From: the human T2T-CHM13v2.0 reference genome, Homo sapiens
NCBI RefSeq assembly: GCF_009914755.1
Contig: NC_060931.1
Length of the DNA: 64,000 bases
Strand: one strand, 5' to 3'
This document shows positions 57,609 through 64,000 of this stretch, in pieces (the first letter of the stretch is position 1; every line of letters starts with the position of its first letter). The position numbers and the translations under genes were made by a program. Under the pieces are notes generated by a model. It searched no databases. It saw nothing but the letters and a program-made list of their open reading frames with translations, and was not told the origin of the DNA.

Positions 57609-59179
57609 TGCTTTAATCTCTTTTTTCCACTTTTTCACAGATCTTACAAGTGAATAGCCAGTTACTTGTTCCCTGGCTCTGCAACAGCTCTCCTCCCATT
57701 ACCTTTTGTAAAAAACTTGTCCCATTTCTCTTTCCCTTCCTTCCTCCTTCCTCAAGTTTTGCACCAAACAATGTGCAGAATTTAGAACACTGCATATTTT
57801 CAATTAAATTACTCTATTGTCTGCTATGCTCAGGGAATATCTGCAGTCTGTAAACTCTGCATGCTAGGAAGAGCTATTTAATCTTGCTCCTGACATTTTA
57901 CGTAGGAGGGAATGGTTTACAGGCTCAGTGTCTCTAGAAAGAACACTCCCCAAGGAACAACGTATTTATTTCTCAATGTTCTTTTTCTGTTTTACTCTTA
58001 AAATCTTTCCTACCACCATCCCTCACGCCCAAGAGTACAACTTTGAAATCTAATGTATAAAACTAGCAGAAATTAAAGTTTATCCTATACTTACATTAAA
58101 AGCTACTCCTACTTGAAGATATGCAGACCCCTCCAAATCCTTCTTTTGATTCTCTGCTCACATAAGTGGGTTTTATGTACGTGTGTTTTTTTCCACAAAG
58201 GAGAGGCCCAAAGATAGCCAAGAGATCAGGATTGGAACAGTTTCTTAACATCATATTCTCACATTTTCAAAATTTCCTCCTTTATTAGTGATAAACTTTT
58301 TAAAAACTGATTTCAAAATAGGAAACAGTTGTTCATCAGTCTGCTAGTCTCACTTTCACCAATCAACATATTTCATTGATGATAATATAATTTTTAAAAT
58401 ATTTTATCATCTCTGGAATCAAGATATATCTTACAGTCGATAATATCATAGTTTAACTGACAATATTTTTGATAAAGTACATGAAGAAATACTTTATCAT
58501 AAATACATAAGACAAAGATAAAATAAATGACACAAAGATGAATCTTAGGTTTGATAAATATATTAAGTTCCTCTCTCAACAGTTTCTGGCTTACCTCAGA
58601 TATAACCTATGTAAAGCATTTAGCATTAAATGTAGTATAACAGATTTTCATTGCTGCCATCATTGATGACATCAACATCATCAACATCATCATCATTTCT
58701 AAACAAATAACAAAAGTCTCAGAAACAAATATGAATCAAGTTAGGGTTCTGATGTGTTCTCCTTATTCTATTTCTTTTCTGAGTGCCATTTTTGTTTGTT
58801 TGTTTTCTATCCTAATTTTCTAAATTTTTCATTTGTCCCCATATTAAAAAACTGTAAACACTCTGATGGGGTTATGTAAGGTTGTGCTAAATGACTTAGC
58901 TCAGAGTATTCAAGCCGAAATAAGTTAGTTCTTTCATCTCAAAGAAATAAGTAAATAAATAAAGTAATAAAGTTCTTTCATCTCAAAGAACTTTAAATAT
59001 CCGTCCCTGTCACTAGCTACCAAATCAAAAACCTAGGAATCTCATTGGAAAATAGACTATAAGACAATTCCATGGTTATGAGTTTTAAAAGATAACTCTA
59101 ATCGATCATCCTTTTTTTGTACTTATTTTTTGTATATTTGTAAAATAGTAGTTACATGAAGCAAATAGTATCAGTGTAA

Positions 59180-59362
<183 letters not shown>

Positions 59363-60177
59363 TGAGTTAATGTCTTGTACCATTCATGTGAACATGAGAG
59401 TGGCCAAACATATAGCGCAGCAGGAAGCAGAGGGCAGCTGTGACGGGACTGGCCAGCAGTGGTTAGGATGGTGAAAACACTAAGAAGCCAAAGGAGTCAA
59501 GAGTAGTCAGACAGAGCAGGTGTGGCCAATTGCCTCAATCATCTTTTTCTTTCAACCAAAAGTATCAAGTTATATTTTCTATTTTTTCTTCCACATCACT
59601 CTTCTACCCTCTGCCATTTTTTTCTTTCTCCATAAATGGAAACCTAAAATGTATTTCTACCATAATTAGAAAGCAATCAATAAAAAATTTTAGTCCAATT
59701 TTGTTCGTGTCTCCACACATTACTACATGAACTCAGTTTTACTTTATACTGTATTATAATCATTTGAGCAAAATTTCTTTATTTCTTGTAAATGAATGTG
59801 CTAGTATAAGAAATATCTACATTTTAATGAAAATCATAGTACAGGTACAAAATTTCTAAAAGTGAGAAAATGAAGCAAACACAATACAGCTTTTTGGTAC
59901 TTTTACATATGTAATCTTTCTTTATTCTGCTGTTGATAGTTTTTGCCTTTCGCCCATTTAAGTAAGTTAATTGAAAGCATAGTATAATTTAATCTCTATT
60001 GTACTAAAAATACACAACTATCTATAGTAATATTATTCTGCCACATTCTCAAAAAAACTATTGGGCATTAATTCCATCTGGACTCTCCACTAAATAAGCA
60101 TTAGTAAACAAATTTACTTAAACTATAAAATTCATATTACTGAATTTGCATATATCCAGAGTGTCTGAAGAAGAGAA

Positions 60178-60992
60178 AACAAACATATGAGAAAAAGCTC
60201 ATCATCACTGGTCATTAGAGAAATGCAAATCAAAACCACAATGAGATGCCATCTCATGCCAGTTAGAATGGCGATTATTAAAAAGTCAGGAAACAACAGA
60301 TGCTGGTGAGGCTGTGGAGAAACAGGAATACTTTTACAGTGTTGGTGGGAGTGTAAATTAGTTCAACCATTGTGGAAGATAGTGTGGCAATTCCTCAAGG
60401 ATCTAGAACTAGAAATACCATTTGACCCAGCAAACCCATTACTGGGTATATACCCAAAGGATTATAAATCATTTTACTATAAAGACACATGGATATGTAT
60501 GTTTATAAAGACACATGGACACGTATGTTTACTGCAGCACTATTTACAATAGCAAAGACTTGGAACCAACCTAAATGCCCATCAATGATAAACCGGATAA
60601 AGAAAATGTGGCACATATATACCACGGAATACTATGCAGCCATAAAAAGAATAAGTTCATGTCCTTTGCAGGGACATGGATAAAGCTGGAAGCCATCATT
60701 CTCAGCAAACCAACAAAGGAACAGAAAACCACATGTTCTCACTCATAAGTGGCAGTTGAACAATGAGAACACATGGATACAGGGAGGGGAACATCACACA
60801 CCAGGGCCTGTGGAGGCTGTGGGGCAAGGGGAGATATAGCATTAGGACAAATACCTAATGCATGCAGGGCTTGAAACCTAGATGATGGGTTGACAGGTGC
60901 AGCAAACCACCATGGCACATGTATACCTATTTAACAAACCCGTACGTTTTGCATATGTATCCCAGAACTTAAAGTAAAATAAAAATGAAAAA
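60178..60992 (+). mobile_element. L1PA8-like 3' portion
   Basis: aaaagctcatcatcactggtcattagagaaatgcaaatcaaaaccacaatgag...attaggacaaatacctaatgcatgcagggcttgaaacctagatgatgggttg...tatcccagaacttaaagtaaaataaaa; carries an internal 26-bp duplication at 60478-60529. Confidence 0.95.
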
Positions 60993-61097
60993 GAATAGAT
61001 AAATATAGTTAGCAAATTATATGTATATATACAATACTATCATAACAATATACAATGCTAGTCTGTAGTTTGTAACTTTTTCTCATAAAATAAATGA

Positions 61098-61411
<314 letters not shown>

Positions 61412-61499
61412 AGAAAACATTTTTCACTATAAGAAAATAAAATCACTTATAATAGACATATTTCCAATATTTACATTCTCTGTAGTCCTCTAGTCCTTT

Positions 61500-62390
61500 A
61501 TCTAGACATATATACTATATTTTTCAAATACTGGAATTATAGTATACATCATTTTGTAACTTGCTTTTTTGTTTGACAATATTATAGGAGCACTTTCAAT
61601 ATTCATAGTCTTCGAAAACATGATTTTTGAATGGCTGTATGAATATTCCATCATTTGTAAATATTGTAGTTGATTTTGCTAACCCACCACTATTGGACAG
61701 TTACTACCATAATAATGCAGTAGCGAACATCCCTTTATCTTTGCTCTGGTCTCTGATTTATGTCTTGGAAAAAAATTCTAAAAGTTGAAAGTACCAAGTA
61801 AAGACATGTAAATACTGTCAAGCCTTTTGATGCCTACCACCAAACTGTTCTTTCTCCAATATCTATAAAAGTACAGTTTAAAGAAACCATCAATATTGTG
61901 TTGCTGGTATGATGGATGAAAAAGTATGTCTCATTTAATTTCATGCCATTTCATTTACAAGTAAGATTAATCACTTTAATAAATTCATTTTTCATTTTCT
62001 TTTTTGAACTATCTGTTCATGACCTTTGCCTATTATCCTTCGGATGTATTTGCTTTTTATTACTATTTTGTGGCTGTTTTTTATACAGGAGTGATATGTT
62101 TGATGTTGCAAATACTTTTCCAGGTTCTCATTCACTTTATCATTTCATGTTTTTTTGACATATAAGAGACTTTCATTTTGCATAATCAAATTTGTTAAAC
62201 TTTTCCTTCATTATATGTCCCTTTGGTTTTATATCGAGGAAGGCCTTTCTGGGCCTACTATGAAATAATTCATTTATACTTTCTTCTAAGTATTTTATGA
62301 CTTACATTTAATATTATTTCTATATTTAACCCATCTGAAATGCATTTTGTATACAGAATTGGAGAGAGCTAATCATGTTTTTTTCAGACA
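61500..62390 (-). mobile_element. Old L1 (L1ME-like), reverse orientation
   Basis: tttgtaacttgctttttt...aatggctgtatgaatattccat...ataataatgcagtagcgaacatcc...ctgttcatgacctttgcc...atgttgcaaatacttttcc...tttaacccatctgaaat. Confidence 0.75.
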
Positions 62391-62439
62391 AAAGTATTTT
62401 AACACGTCAAGTTTAAACCATAAACACTTTTCGGATTAA

Positions 62440-62490
62440 TTTTTTTCCATAAGTTTTTGGGGTGGAGGTGGTATTTGGTTACATGAGTAA
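62440..62490 (-). mobile_element. L1PB 3' terminus (last ~45 nt plus short tail)
   Basis: Reverse complement reads ttactcatgtaaccaaataccacctccaccccaaaaacttatggaaaaaaa, the characteristic L1PB 3' end. Confidence 0.85.
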
Positions 62491-63678
62491 AAGAAAACTA
62501 CTGACTGATATCCTTGATCAACACAGATGCTAAACTCCTTAACAAAACACTAGCTAACCTAATCCAACAACATATCAAAAAGATAGTCCACCATGATCAA
62601 GTGGGTTTCATACCAGGGATGCAGGAGTAGTTTAACATACACAAGTCAATAACTGTGATACACCATATAAACAGAATTAAAAATAAAAATCACATGATCA
62701 TCTCAGTAGGTAAGAAGTATTCGACAAAATCCAGCATCCGTTTATGATTAAAACTTTCAGCAAAAATCGACATACAAGGGACATACCTCAATGTAATAAA
62801 AGCCATTTATGACAAACCCACAGCCAACATAATACTAAATGGGGAAAAGTTGAAAGCATTCCTTCTGAGTACTGGAACAAGACAAGGATGCCCCCTCCCA
62901 CCACTTCTCTTCAGCATAGTACTGGAAGTCCTAGACAGAGCAAACAGACAAGAGACAGAAATAAAGGGCATCCAAATCGGTAAAGAGGAATTCAAACTGT
63001 CACTGTTTGCTGAAAACATGATCATTTACCTTGAAAACCCTAAAGACTCCTACAGAAAGCTCCTAGAACTGATAAAAGAATTCAGCAAAATTTCCAGATA
63101 TAAGATTAATGTACACAAATCAGTAGTTCTTCTATACACCAACAGTGACCAAGCAGAGAATCAAATAAAGAACTCAACCCCTTTTACAATAGCTGCAAAA
63201 AAAAAAAAAAAATACTTAGGAATACAGCTAAACAAGGAGTTGAAAGACCTCTACAAGGAAAACTACAAAATGCTGCTGAAAGAAATCACAGATGACACAA
63301 ACAAATAGAAACACATCCCATGCTCATGGATGGGTAGAATCAATATTGTGAAAATGACCATACTGCCAAAAGCAGTCTACAAATTCAAAGCAATCTCCAC
63401 CAAAATACCACCATTATTCTTCTTCACAGAATTAGAAAAAACAATTCTAAAATTCATATGGAACCAAAAAAGAGCCTGCATAGCCAAAGCAAGACTAAGC
63501 AAAAAGAACAAATCTGGAGGCATCACACTACCTGATTTCAAACTATACTGTAAGGCCATAGTCATCAAAACAGCGTGGTACTGGTTTAAAAATAGGCACA
63601 TAGACCAATGGAACACAATAGAGAACCCAGAAATAAACCCAAATACATACAGCCAATTGGTCTTCAACAAAGCAAACA
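62491..63678 (+). mobile_element. L1PB-type ORF2 reverse-transcriptase segment, disrupted; inverted relative to its 3' end
   Basis: ORFs 62850-63308 and 63330-63695 give [36 protein letters not shown] (catalytic FADD degenerated to FAEN), [14 protein letters not shown] and [11 protein letters not shown]; in-frame TAG at 63306-63308. Confidence 0.96.
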
Positions 63679-63684
63679 GATTAA

Positions 63685-63968
63685 TTTTTTTTTGACCCAG
63701 TATCTCTTTCTGTTGCCCAGGCTGCAGTGCAATGGCATAATCTCAGCTCACTGCAACCTCCACCTCCCAGATTCAAGTGTGCTTCAGCCACCTGAATGCC
63801 TGGGATTACAGGCATGCACCACCATGCCTGCCTAATTTTTTTATTTTTATTAGAGACAGGGTTTCATCATATTGCCCAGGCTGATCTCCAACTCCTGGTC
63901 TCAAGTTATCCATCAGCCTCAGCCTCCCAAAGTGCTGGGATTACAGGCATGAGCCTCTGCACCCGGCC
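63685..63968 (-). mobile_element. Alu (AluJb-like)
   Basis: Reverse Alu: ctcagctcactgcaacctccacctccc...ttgcccaggctgatctccaactcctggtctcaag...gagcctctgcacccggcc. Confidence 0.93.
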
Positions 63969-64000
63969 TAGATGTATTATTAATGCATTATTATTAATGT

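Noticed and set aside
62850-63695. Longest ORFs (152 and 121 aa) encoding reverse-transcriptase-like protein
   Set aside because: Dead L1 ORF2 fragment: catalytic FADD changed to FAEN, internal stop, no promoter, ORF1 or endonuclease domain.

Overview
AT-rich primate (human-like) genomic DNA, apparently non-coding and most likely one large intron of a gene transcribed on the minus strand. That orientation is inferred from an A/C-rich plus strand (judged by eye) and mostly plus-oriented L1 and LTR elements; the host gene could not be identified. Much of the window is interspersed repeat: about 16 Alus (J, S and Y types plus a monomer), L1PA/PB/MA/MB/MC/ME fragments, MaLR and ERVL solo LTRs, hAT and Tigger DNA-transposon relics, L2 and MIR. 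I found no intact protein-coding gene, rRNA, tRNA or CRISPR array, and nearly all ORFs in the track are repeat-derived or chance. The most notable item is missed by the ORF track: an isolated, frameshifted copy of the catalytic exon of ADAT2 (tRNA A34 deaminase) at 59198-59346. It keeps its intronic flanks, including a U12-type donor, and lies in a ~430-bp GC-richer island bounded by a T-rich tract and a putative target-site duplication (TSD), suggesting retrotransposition of an unspliced antisense or transduced RNA. Also notable: an L1PB insertion with twin-priming-type inversion and a very short non-inverted 3' end (62432-63691), a well-formed candidate minus-strand exon (54885-55008), and several local duplications and fold-back structures. 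Repeat subfamily names come from recalled diagnostic motifs, and boundaries of old repeats are approximate.
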